From NCBI GenBank assembly GCA_043744075.1, contig JAYTVL010000118.1:9191-73190 (forward strand): DNA of 64,000 nucleotides. Direction: 5' to 3'. Shown one piece after another: positions 42,764 to 52,279 of the stretch (position 1 is its first letter; the number at the start of each line of letters is the position of its first letter). Below the pieces are notes generated by a model that was given only the letters and a program-made list of their open reading frames with translations, had not been told where the DNA came from and ran no database searches. The stretch is from Pirellula sp. GTDB lineage: Bacteria; Planctomycetota; Planctomycetia; Pirellulales; Pirellulaceae. Both the position numbers and the translations under genes were made by a program.

Positions 42764-43042
42764 ATGACAACAACACCCAATCAAGGAGGGCAAACGTTGA
42801 AGGAATCGCAAGCTTTAGTCTGTCACCATACCGAGAATCACAAGAATGGTGCCGGGGACCTCCAAGGAACGTGGATTGAGATCCAAATCACCGACGGAGT
42901 TCTTGTCCAGTGTCGAACCTGTAACATGCACTATGGCGTAATTAAGAATCCATCGAAAGACGACGCGATGCTGCAAGCATACCTCCTTCAACAGAGACGA
43001 TTGTCGTGTCCCGGCTGTGGTGAGAATCCATTCTTAGGTTGA
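42764..43042 (+). CDS. Small Cys/His (zinc-binding) protein, paralog A
   Basis: GGAG RBS; VCHH...G.W...GV.V.CRTC...YG...AY..Q.RRLSCPGC. Confidence 0.7.
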   Translation: MTTTPNQGGQTLKESQALVCHHTENHKNGAGDLQGTWIEIQITDGVLVQCRTCNMHYGVIKNPSKDDAMLQAYLLQQRRLSCPGCGENPFLG

Positions 43043-43376
43043 TTTTAAGTTTTAATTGGCTGAATCCACAAGGTTTGTCGACCAGCCAATGCTCTTGCTC
43101 CGAACAATCCACTGCGGCGAGGCATATACGCTTCCCCCGCACTTCTTCGTCAGTCCAAACTCATCAATTCAATTCACCGTTGAGTCTAACGACGTACCGC
43201 GTTTGCGTGCTACCGTAAATTCGTGGTAGTAACACACAACTCACGGCTCTTTCCCAACTTGAATTTACAGATATTTCGCAATCGAACATCGAACATGGCT
43301 CCGGCCCTGTTCCGTGGCCGGTTGCGTTGATCGGTTTAAAAGCGATTTTGTAACATTGGTAGCAGGAGAAAGTTCG

Positions 43377-43643
43377 ATGAGTCGTCTTGATGTTCAAAAT
43401 GTATTAGTGGACGCCCCAGAAAGGCTCTGTGTTCATACCGTTTATCACGTAAGCGACGACGGTATTACGCTTGGCTCGTGGGCTGCAACAACAGGCCCAT
43501 ACGGAGTCCGGTTTGCATGCAGGAATTGCGGTAAGCTGTTTGGTTACCTGCCGCTGCACGCCGATCGCAACGACCAAGAGTTGTATGAGGCGTACAAAGA
43601 ACAGCGTCGCTTATCTTGCGATTCGGAGAATGGCCCTCAATAA
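43377..43643 (+). CDS. Small Cys/His (zinc-binding) protein, paralog B
   Basis: AGGAG RBS; LCVH...G.W...GV...CRNC...FG...AY..Q.RRLSC. Confidence 0.7.
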   Translation: MSRLDVQNVLVDAPERLCVHTVYHVSDDGITLGSWAATTGPYGVRFACRNCGKLFGYLPLHADRNDQELYEAYKEQRRLSCDSENGPQ

Positions 43644-43743
43644 GAGGCACTAGGTGATGGCCGGTTATGTAGAAGAGGTTTTCCGCGAACTGGCCACTCC
43701 CCCTTCGTCATCCCTACCCCAAAACGTTCCATAGTTTCCGTGA

Positions 43744-43979
43744 CATAGACACGCTTTTTGCCACACACCCCACCGCAACAACCAAATACACCAAACCCTA
43801 CTCTATCCGTCGGCAAACTTTGATTTTACCACGGCGTAAAGGTCCGCTGATGCCTTCGTAAACTCCGGCTTCTCTCTCACAGTCTCCGACCGCTCGAGCC
43901 GCTGCTGCTTTTTGATTCTCAAAAAGGCTCCACCTTGACTTGCCGTGCTTTTCGAATTTTCCAAAGCCGACGGCAGGCT
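43744..43979. repeat. Conserved upstream repeat, copy 1 (before radC)
   Basis: About 235 bp, near-identical to 54924..55158. Stems CCGTCGGC/GCCGACGG, CACGGC-GTAAAGGT/ACCTTGAC-TT-GCCGTG, CTTTTTGA-TTC-TCAAAAAG. Confidence 0.9.
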
Positions 43980-44039
43980 AAATCTATAACTGCTTCGCAA
44001 ACGTGCCAGTCCGTTTCGTAGCACATCATTTGGAGACCT

Positions 44040-44501
44040 ATGGCTAACGCTAGAAAGAAAACAACATTCAAAGACACATTCATTCGCGAGGTTAACGTCC
44101 ATTACCGCAAGACTGCTAATGAGCCAGTGAACATAAAAAGCGCAGGAGACATCTCGCAGTTTGTTCGCTCTGTCCTGATCGACAACAGCCGGGAACACTT
44201 AGTCGCTCTATACCTTGATGGAGCACATAACGTCGCAAGCTATTCCATCGTATCAATTGGAACAGCAAACTCCGCCCACGTCACCCCGCGTGAGATTTTT
44301 CAACGGGCAGTTCTAGTCGGAGCAATCGCGATTGTAATTGCCCATAACCATCCAAGCGGCAGCACCACTCCAAGTAATGAGGACCGTTCAATTACAAAAC
44401 GCATTTCCGAGGCTGGAAACGTTCTTGGAATCAAGCTCTTAGACCACGTAATCGTGACCGACTCCCACTTCGTATCCTTCCTTGAGGAAGGATTCATGTA
44501 G
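44040..44501 (+). CDS. radC: RadC/JAB domain protein (second copy)
   Basis: REHLVALYLD, GTANSAHVTPREIF, AHNHPSG...PS.ED, LLDHVIV. Confidence 0.95.
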   Translation: MANARKKTTFKDTFIREVNVHYRKTANEPVNIKSAGDISQFVRSVLIDNSREHLVALYLDGAHNVASYSIVSIGTANSAHVTPREIFQRAVLVGAIAIVIAHNHPSGSTTPSNEDRSITKRISEAGNVLGIKLLDHVIVTDSHFVSFLEEGFM

Positions 44502-45000
44502 GAATTTCTGGAACTAGGTTTAACAAAATAAGGAGACGACTATGAAACGCCACCAAACAAACAACATGACAGGGCCCAACAACATGCAATCGAGTAACGA
44601 TGTGAGCACTTTCCGAACCATAGATTGCACACTGGAAACGTGAGTAAGACTGACTCAGGACGGTTCGACATTGGTTACCAACGATCGTAGCCCAGCGGCA
44701 TCTGGAGTAATCAGTTTTGGCTGTCGAAACCTGCTAGCTGCGCCTTTTGCCGTTTCACCTTGCGATGACTTCTTGCAAGCGGTCGATGCAATCGCTGTCG
44801 CTAAGAAACCGGCCAAACTGTTGGCGGTGAGGACGGACTCGGCAGGCAAACGACTGGTGAATTCTCACTTGCCCCCGGAGATTGAACCCGAGCACCGATT
44901 GTCCTAACTGGTTTACTGAACAAGAACTCGCGGGTCCCGAGAGTCGTCTGTTAGGAAATTTACAGGAATTTGTGCTAAGGCTAGCGGCAAAATGAGTCAT

Positions 45001-45089
45001 ACCCTCCCCTCGCTTCGTTCGACCCTCACGGAGGGAGGGTGAAGTCATTCTCCCCCTGGGAGAGTCGGCATGAAAGGCCGGAGAGGGGT
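45001..45089. repeat. REP-like GC-rich palindrome doublet
   Basis: ACCCTCCC...GGGAGGGT (45001-45040) followed by CTCCC-CCT-GGGAG and TCGGC..GCCGG hairpins. Confidence 0.55.
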
Positions 45090-45673
45090 TGCATCACACT
45101 GGTAGTTTTCAGCCTGCCGTTCGCCAAAGAGCCGGGCTCGAATTGACATTCAACTTCGGAACGTCATCGAGTGTTGGAATCTGTTAGCCGATCAATGACC
45201 GGCAACGCGTTGCCGTATGTGTCGTTCCATCGCAAAATACTGAAGTCACTACCGCGAGGTCGTATGGCTCGCGGCCAAGCCCCTGTCGCGCAAGCTGTTT
45301 CGCCTAAAGTAAGTCTTTACTGTAAGCTTAAGATAAACCTTGCTGGAATACCGTTCTAGAGAACCACACAGATTTCAGGTGACTCATTTTCGCCTCCGAA
45401 TCTTCGACGTTTTCCGCTCGCGTCATTCTTGCTCGGGAGGGTTCCAGCATGGGGAAATCATTATTATGTCTTGAGATATAGAGCAAAGCACCGACTGTCA
45501 AACGCGAAAAGCGAGGCGACGATCGACCTAAATCCGATTCTTCCTTCGGCTGAATGCAAACTGTACCGATTACTTACTAGGCGTTACTAACCCATCACGA
45601 GTGTCCAATTGCGGAACTGTCTGTTAAAAAGTGACTGAATTACGAAGCGTGTTCTCAGTGATGGAGGAAATAC

Positions 45674-46104
45674 ATGGACGACGCGAAGAGTACGCCTTCA
45701 CAGAGCGGCATGCTGGAAATCATTTTTCAGAAGCAGAAGGGGCTCAACGATGCAGTCCTTGGAGCAAACGATATGAGGGACGCAGAAGGCAGGCCGCTAA
45801 CAATGCACGCAATTGAGCGAGCCGCCATTGAGAACAGATCTGGAGTCAATGACTTGCCCAATCAATGGTTGACGCGATTTGCCGACGCAATGGAAGTTTA
45901 ACTTGACGAGTTCAGGCAGCTATTGCAGCAAAAATGGTGGAAAAGCACGAAGGTGATCTCGAAAATGTACGTATCGAGCTTGTCGACATCCTCCACGCAC
46001 TTGTTTCAGCCATGAGCGCAGCTGGCTTGACGCCCGAAACAGTGTTTAAAGCATATTGTGACAAGCACACTGTCAACTTGTCACACCGAAACGCACAGGA
46101 ATGA
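45674..46104 (+). pseudogene. Dimeric (all-alpha) dUTPase-like pseudogene
   Basis: MLEIIFQKQK.LN..., in-frame TAA at 45899-45901, then LDEFRQLL..KWWK; a frameshift leads to DLENVRIELVDILH.LVS....G...E.VFKAY..K..VN. Confidence 0.75.
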
Positions 46105-46366
46105 CCGGGGCAAACATCCTTTACTCAGTGTCAGGTTAATTTGTGACTATTCCAACTGGCAGCAACCAGAAACTTGACCTTATTGAGTTGCACGCGGATA
46201 ATCCAATGGCTCGGTAGCTCCCGACTTCTTTGGCGGTGAGATATGAAGCCATTCAATTTTTGGGTCAGCCGGGCTCGCCGAGGAGTCCCTCCATCTCAGG
46301 TTTACGAAGCTCTATGGCAACTTCTTCTTCTAGTGCAATCCGGGAACTTCACAAAATGGAGCCATA

Positions 46367-47287
46367 ATGACAACAATGGATCATTGGTTAGATCGGGCGA
46401 CTGTTCGCCATGCCCCGCTGCCGCTAATAGAGGAGTTGGAGTCATTGGACAAGGTCTTCTTCTCGGAAGATGAAGTTGCAACGCTCGCACACCCGCTTAT
46501 CGCGGATCGCGGATCCGACTTAAAACGAACCTTGCTCATTCAGCATCTTTTCACTTTCATGCATTTTACCGATCACCTTGAGCTTAAAGCCGTCAACCCC
46601 GTTGTGCAGCGAATCGCACATGGTGAAATGGACATAATGGTGAGCGATAGCACTAGGGAGGAGGCCCATATGACCTACGCCGACGAGGCTTGGCACGCGC
46701 TGGTCTGTAACAATGTCATGCGGCAAGTCCAAGGCGTTACGGGTACTGTTCCCGCTTACCGTGGTCCGCCAAGGTTCTTGTCTCGATTGAACGAGTTGCA
46801 AGCACATCTCTCTCCCCCAATCAGAAGGCTGAGCGAATTTCTGTTTGTCGTAGTCTCAGAGACCATGATTTCCAAGACGCTATCGAAAGTCCCGAAGGAT
46901 ACGAACGTTGTAACCGCAGTGAGGGAGATGCTGCGTCATCACTCAATTGATGAAGGCCGACATCATCGGTTCTTCTCTCAGCTATTTGAACAGCTTTGGC
47001 CTGCACTGACCGCACACCAGAAAGAGAAGGTTGGCGTACTGTTGCCAGAATTCATCCGAGCATTCATAGACCCTGATACCGAAGCAATCAAAGCGATGTT
47101 GGGGGAACAACGATTCACCGCCAAGGAAATTGGTCAGATAATTCACGAAACTTTCCCGCCAAGGCTGCTTGAACTATGGTCGCAGGAAGCATCGAAATCC
47201 ACGTTAAGCCTATTTGAACGCAACGGTGTCTTTGAGGACGCACGAACTTCTGACGCATTCGTTGCAGCCGGGCTGCCTCATCCGTGA
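46367..47287 (+). CDS. AurF-like diiron N-oxygenase (ferritin/heme-oxygenase-like fold)
   Basis: W..RATVR, FT..LE...VNP, DEAWH, ETMIS, H..DEGRH diiron ligands. Confidence 0.85.
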   Translation: MTTMDHWLDRATVRHAPLPLIEELESLDKVFFSEDEVATLAHPLIADRGSDLKRTLLIQHLFTFMHFTDHLELKAVNPVVQRIAHGEMDIMVSDSTREEAHMTYADEAWHALVCNNVMRQVQGVTGTVPAYRGPPRFLSRLNELQAHLSPPIRRLSEFLFVVVSETMISKTLSKVPKDTNVVTAVREMLRHHSIDEGRHHRFFSQLFEQLWPALTAHQKEKVGVLLPEFIRAFIDPDTEAIKAMLGEQRFTAKEIGQIIHETFPPRLLELWSQEASKSTLSLFERNGVFEDARTSDAFVAAGLPHP

Positions 47288-47301
47288 TTCGTAACAGAGC
47301 A

Positions 47302-50265
47302 CTAACTTTCGTCGTTGGAATGGAGGCCAGCATCCGCAACTTGCCGCTCAAGCCGAGTTCCGTGCTTCGCAAAGTGACAAAGAATTGCCGAGTCCTTATC
47401 CGTGCAAATTGCGGCCAAGCTGATCAGATAGAATAGCTGCAGGTTTCCCGGCATGAGACGGTTCGGAGTAACATCGCCCGAGTACGCAGCAGTTGCAGTA
47501 GCGAGTCGGTTTCTCAAATACTCGCGAGCTTCCTCAACGCTACCGTAGTAGTCCCTAAGCTCCATTTCTATTTCGTCTGATGGAATGGGGTTTTGAAGAT
47601 GCAACTCGATCGCTCGTTCGTCTACTTCGATTTCGAGAGACACCATAGCAACCAACAGCTCTCTTATGACAAAAGCTTTGCGCTCGACCGCAATTTGGGC
47701 TTCGAAAACAGCCTTCAATTCAGTTAGTGAAAACGTTCTTCCTTTTTGAGCCGCACGAGTAATGAGGTACACGCACAAGTACCTCATGATAGGTGAAGTG
47801 TACAACGAAAACGTTTGAAGAATGGACTCCTCCCAGCCTGTATTATCAAGTAGAAGGTCAACGGTGAACGCATTCGTAACTTTTGACGGAAACCGTCTTA
47901 GTTCTAGATCGATTTCACCATTGGTGATCGCCGAAATGATTCGTTCCGCCAAAAAGTACTCGAAGAACGACCTATGATTGAATCGACATTGCCCAAGACT
48001 CGATACAGTTAGGAAGCTTGAGGATCCTAGGTGAAACGTAAGTTCCTCACGCTGATGCGAAAGGTAGCTCGGAGGAAAAAAGTCAGGGAATATGGCTGGA
48101 AGCTCGCTGAACTTCACGGACTCAGTACTCGAATTGAGGAACAATAGCGCCAGATTCTCAAAAAGGATGCGCGCATCCGAACCGCCCAGTCCAAGTCTAC
48201 CGCTTTCTCGTGACAGCCATCTTTCCGTATATATCCGATAGAGGTGGCCCGCTGTAATCGGCTGGCCGTCGTCTCGCTGCGAATTCTCTATTTCACTGAG
48301 GGAGTCGCACACCATTGGCAACATTACTGGACGACTTGCCAAATCAGCAAGGTCAACGACTGCGGCCATCCGTGACCAAAGCTTGCCGCTTGCGTCGCCG
48401 TATTCCTCGACGAGAAATTTTCGAATACTATTGTCCGTCAGTGGCTTAACGTAGATTGCGCAATACGAAGGAGGGGACCTTTTTGTCCCAGGCAACCCAT
48501 ACGTAGCCGCCTTTACAATTCGCGCGAGTTGTTTGTTTCCGCCGAAGAGGTGAGATCTACTAGCCAAAACAACTTGAAACCCCCTGGCGGTTAATTCCAA
48601 CACAGCATCCAACAGTTTGCGACGTGAGCCCGGAGGACACTTAGCGACAGCTTCATCGTAGGCGTCAAGGAGTAATACAGCCTCGTCAGAGGTCAGACCA
48701 TCCGTGAGGGTATTTCTACTCCACGGCCAAGTTTTACCGTCCTCTGGTTCGAGCTTCTCACTCAAGCTAACAATGCACGGGATTTTCTTCGTCTTGTCAG
48801 CAGCACGTTCCGTCATGAGATCGACAAACAAGCGCTTTAGTGCCCATGTCTTCCCTGCCCCCACCTCTCCGAGAAGAAACATGAGTTTCGTACCCCGCCG
48901 TATTTCTGATATCAACTGCTCGCCGACCAACTGATCATTTGAACTAGCCGATTGGCGAGAATCATCCAATGTCGATGCACAATGAAGAGGCAAACAAAAG
49001 TGATACAGTTCATTGAACTCGATTGCATCCCTTCGAGCTAAAGCAATACTGTCTTTGCCAAGCGTCTTGTGGGGCTCAGGTGGTTGTATGATTCTTGGGC
49101 CAATCTGGACATGCGAGTCGATCGAAGACTCGAATGCAGCGAGCAGATCTTTGACATGAAAAAAACGCCGGTCTGGGTCGGTATGAAGACAGGTCGATAC
49201 GACGTCTTGCCACCGCGAGCTTAACTGAGGTGCAGCCTGATTAACCGGTTCAAATTGGCCTGTCCGAATAGACTGTCGCCAGTCACTGGTGGCAAACGGG
49301 TGTTTTCCCGTTAACAATTGATAAAGTATGAGTCCCAGGCTCCAGATATCTTGAGACCGCGATGGGGTGACGGTGATCCTTCTATCCAGACTATCGAGTA
49401 CCTCTGGAGCCATCCAAAGCAACGTGCCGGCAGGAGGCTGTGGCCCGCCGTTCAACCATGCCTCGGCCAGCCCGAAGTCGGCAACACGCGGAAGCCCGTC
49501 GGCTCCATATAAAATATTCTGAGGCTTCAAGTCTCGATGTACCAGTCCTGCGCTATGTATATCATCTACGCCGCTAGCAATTTTGGGAAACTGTCCTATT
49601 ACATTTGCGAGCTGCCACGGTCCGGAACCGATCCTGTCTTGCAGACTCCCACGCTCGGCATATTCCATAACGATAGCTGGGCGAAAAGCGGAGAAGAAAC
49701 TACTATCTTGAGACAGAAAGATCGGATCGTCCCATTCATCCCATAGGTAACCCACATCGATCACCCTCACGACACGATTAGATTTTACTTGGACCGCTTT
49801 TCTGGACTCCCTCAGAGCATCATCCAACGTCGTAGTACTCGGCGAGCGTGGTAATTTGATCGCTACTTCCTGATTGAGGTACGTGTCGTGGTATCGGCCG
49901 ACGCGACCAAATCCGCCACGGCCTATTCCCTCACTAAATACGTAGCGCCCCAGCCAGCGAGAGATATCGACAGCTGGCGCCTCTTGTTCCTTAGCCACTA
50001 TCCTCTTCGCTTTTCGCAGAACTCCAATGTTACAGCCCAGTTTCTGCGCAGCGTCAATTTCATCAATAGGTTCGTTAATGCCAACTCGACGCCAGTAGAT
50101 GACGAGCAGTTCGTCCAGTACGCGGTCTCTCGGAACCTTCGAGGCCTGCGCCTGTAGGGTGGCTACGTCTGATAAATCAAAATCCGACATTTGCGATAGC
50201 GCCTCGCACAGATTGTCGAGTTCAGCTTGCTGTTGTGCCGTTAATGGCTCTGGTGACGCAGCCAT
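47302..50265 (-). CDS. Ser/Thr protein kinase - NACHT (STAND) NTPase fusion
   Basis: GRGGFGRV, VAIK, HRDLKPQNIL, DFG; Walker A GEVGAGKT, Walker B LLLDAYDE, SR sensor, P.ML..V motif, F.HRSFFEYFLA; helical C-terminus. Confidence 0.9.
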   Translation of the reverse strand: MAASPEPLTAQQQAELDNLCEALSQMSDFDLSDVATLQAQASKVPRDRVLDELLVIYWRRVGINEPIDEIDAAQKLGCNIGVLRKAKRIVAKEQEAPAVDISRWLGRYVFSEGIGRGGFGRVGRYHDTYLNQEVAIKLPRSPSTTTLDDALRESRKAVQVKSNRVVRVIDVGYLWDEWDDPIFLSQDSSFFSAFRPAIVMEYAERGSLQDRIGSGPWQLANVIGQFPKIASGVDDIHSAGLVHRDLKPQNILYGADGLPRVADFGLAEAWLNGGPQPPAGTLLWMAPEVLDSLDRRITVTPSRSQDIWSLGLILYQLLTGKHPFATSDWRQSIRTGQFEPVNQAAPQLSSRWQDVVSTCLHTDPDRRFFHVKDLLAAFESSIDSHVQIGPRIIQPPEPHKTLGKDSIALARRDAIEFNELYHFCLPLHCASTLDDSRQSASSNDQLVGEQLISEIRRGTKLMFLLGEVGAGKTWALKRLFVDLMTERAADKTKKIPCIVSLSEKLEPEDGKTWPWSRNTLTDGLTSDEAVLLLDAYDEAVAKCPPGSRRKLLDAVLELTARGFQVVLASRSHLFGGNKQLARIVKAATYGLPGTKRSPPSYCAIYVKPLTDNSIRKFLVEEYGDASGKLWSRMAAVVDLADLASRPVMLPMVCDSLSEIENSQRDDGQPITAGHLYRIYTERWLSRESGRLGLGGSDARILFENLALLFLNSSTESVKFSELPAIFPDFFPPSYLSHQREELTFHLGSSSFLTVSSLGQCRFNHRSFFEYFLAERIISAITNGEIDLELRRFPSKVTNAFTVDLLLDNTGWEESILQTFSLYTSPIMRYLCVYLITRAAQKGRTFSLTELKAVFEAQIAVERKAFVIRELLVAMVSLEIEVDERAIELHLQNPIPSDEIEMELRDYYGSVEEAREYLRNRLATATAAYSGDVTPNRLMPGNLQLFYLISLAAICTDKDSAILCHFAKHGTRLERQVADAGLHSNDES

Positions 50266-50273
50266 GGTCCGCC

Positions 50274-50888
50274 TCAATCACAGAACACTTTGGATATTCT
50301 GGGAATAATTGTCTGACGGACGCGGCGCCCCACGGCGTGCCGGCTAAGCCCAGTTCGAGAGGCGATCTCCGATTGCGTGCAACCTTCCATCATAAGCAAG
50401 AGAATCACCTGTTCGTGTCCCGTTGCTGGAAACGCTTCCATGATGACTTCAAGGTCCAACCGCAGTTCATCTTGACTTGGCGGCGATAGCTCTATCAATT
50501 CCGGCCCACCGCCACTACTATTCTCTAGTTGGCTAGCCAGGACAAGATTTCCACTACCGCGCGTCGCTGCGTGGCCACAACGTCGTCTTTCGATCCATAA
50601 GTCGAGCAACATCCGATGTAGCACGTGTCGAAGATCGTCAGTTGTCGCCACGTTGCGCAGCTCGGATTTGGGGTCCGCCCAGATGCGCCCCATTTGGCTA
50701 TTCGCTAGGTCACTGGCTCCGGTTACACCGTCGGGGGATCCACGTCGGCGATATTGGGCTCTGGCGATACCAAGAGCCTCAGCATGAACGATTTGAAACA
50801 TGCTCTCTATTGCTGCTGGATCTAACTCGCCAGTCAGCAGGCGCTCGATGCGCTCGGTCAGCCCAGACAGACTTGATTCTTTTTTCAT
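50274..50888 (-). CDS. ECF-type sigma factor (planctomycete STK-associated type)
   Basis: ASDL, RRR...A..RGSG, LLLMMEGCTQSEIA...G.SRHAV.RR region 4; directly upstream of the kinase. Confidence 0.8.
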   Translation of the reverse strand: MKKESSLSGLTERIERLLTGELDPAAIESMFQIVHAEALGIARAQYRRRGSPDGVTGASDLANSQMGRIWADPKSELRNVATTDDLRHVLHRMLLDLWIERRRCGHAATRGSGNLVLASQLENSSGGGPELIELSPPSQDELRLDLEVIMEAFPATGHEQVILLLMMEGCTQSEIASRTGLSRHAVGRRVRQTIIPRISKVFCD

Positions 50889-51026
50889 TCTGATCTTCGG
50901 TTCTCAATAAGTGTAACAATTTTTTAATTATTGCTGCGACCAACCATTACACAGACCAGCACCTAAGACTTGCCTGTGCGCCAACAAGCCCCCGCCGATT
51001 TGATCGACGGGGCATTTCGATTTCAT

Positions 51027-51332
51027 TTATTTAACGATCCCGGCCGCAAGCTCCAAGCAACGCAGCACAATTGTTATCCAACGATAAACGGGATCAGCGT
51101 CTGATTGTAGCCGTTGAACTCCTTCGTCGCCATCAGGTCCGCTTACTCGGCGCCGGCGTGCTGACCCCGCTGATTTACCGGACTTGGGCTGCTCAGCATC
51201 TACATGCTCGTGGTTCGGAACCGGTTCAGAACTAGGGGCACACGCTCCCCCTTCATTCTCCCAAGAAATGTAGGCGAGCGATGAGTCGCTTGGTGGCAAA
51301 TTCTGCGGTGTAACCCATTTAGGGACGTCCAT
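51027..51332 (-). CDS. Small hypothetical protein (WENEGG motif)
   Basis: GGAG RBS; SWENEGGA motif; C-terminal hydrophobic helix. Confidence 0.5.
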   Translation of the reverse strand: MDVPKWVTPQNLPPSDSSLAYISWENEGGACAPSSEPVPNHEHVDAEQPKSGKSAGSARRRRVSGPDGDEGVQRLQSDADPVYRWITIVLRCLELAAGIVK

Positions 51333-51465
51333 ACTTTAGTCTCCTCGTGAACAGTTTTGATCTGCGGCAGCGTAAATGCTGCTCGTCAAGGAGACTCCGC
51401 AAAAACCAGGCTGGACAGTGCGGAAATTCTATGCAAATGGACGTACTTAGTAGCGGATCACCTCC

Positions 51466-52227
51466 TTACGGCTTCTTGGAGCAAAGGTCACCTAGTTCTT
51501 CCGATAGGAATACGGTGACACGGTCACGAACTTCCGGTTCATGAATAATTGATAAGGGAAAACTCGGATCAAATCTTTGATAAGAGAACAACTCGCGTGT
51601 AAGCGAGCGTTTTTTTTCCCCACTAATTGCGACAACGACTTGCATCGACTCTACGACTTCTCTTGGCCCGAGCGACATACCAAATTCCCTGAAACGGGCC
51701 CCTTCATACGATTCGCTTCCAGCTTGAGTGTGCGCTACTTGAAACTCCGGGATTAAGTGAGCTATGTGCCAGGACGTGGACTTTGTTGTGTTGGGCATTA
51801 CATTGGCAAAATTCCCTTTTACACCAAGCGCAAGGACCAGGAGATCGATGGGACTTTCAAGGTAGAACGAATCGATGTCGTCAATCTTTGGCTTGACGAC
51901 CGGTATAGGAAATCCAAGCTTATTCTTCAAAGGAAGCAACAGATGTTCATTGGCGAATGCCTCGTAGCTGGCTGAATCCTCACCCGGGATGTAATTGAAC
52001 GGGGGCGAGTTGCTCTCCACCTGCTCATCCATTAACACGAAGCGGACCTTTTCCCAGCCGTCAAAATCTTGCCAATTCGCGATGATCCATTCATAAATTG
52101 GCAGCGGTGTACTGGAAAGTGGAGATGCGACGTGAAAGCTATCCTTCTTCGACGTTACCTCAGATTGTAAATCACGCCAAAACATTCCTACGCACTCGCC
52201 GAGGGAAGCAGTTGTTTTTATTTTCAT
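51466..52227 (-). CDS. Glucosamine-6-phosphate deaminase / 6-phosphogluconolactonase-like sugar-phosphate isomerase family
   Basis: SSTPLPIY, FVLMDE, DLLVLALG.KGNFANVMP, .MSLG...V, G.KK. Confidence 0.75.
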   Translation of the reverse strand: MKIKTTASLGECVGMFWRDLQSEVTSKKDSFHVASPLSSTPLPIYEWIIANWQDFDGWEKVRFVLMDEQVESNSPPFNYIPGEDSASYEAFANEHLLLPLKNKLGFPIPVVKPKIDDIDSFYLESPIDLLVLALGVKGNFANVMPNTTKSTSWHIAHLIPEFQVAHTQAGSESYEGARFREFGMSLGPREVVESMQVVVAISGEKKRSLTRELFSYQRFDPSFPLSIIHEPEVRDRVTVFLSEELGDLCSKKP

Positions 52228-52279
52228 TATCGTGGCTCGTCGTTCGAAGAAATCCTGAGATCGAAATAATGACCGGAAA

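Noticed and set aside
43060-43397. Minus-strand ORFs between the two zinc-finger paralogs
   Set aside because: Interrupted by tandem stops, overlap real genes, and show no recognisable motif.
44855-44905. tRNA-like T-arm (minus strand TCGGG-TTCAATC-TCCGG)
   Set aside because: No matching acceptor stem, D-arm or anticodon arm, and no CCA; treated as chance.
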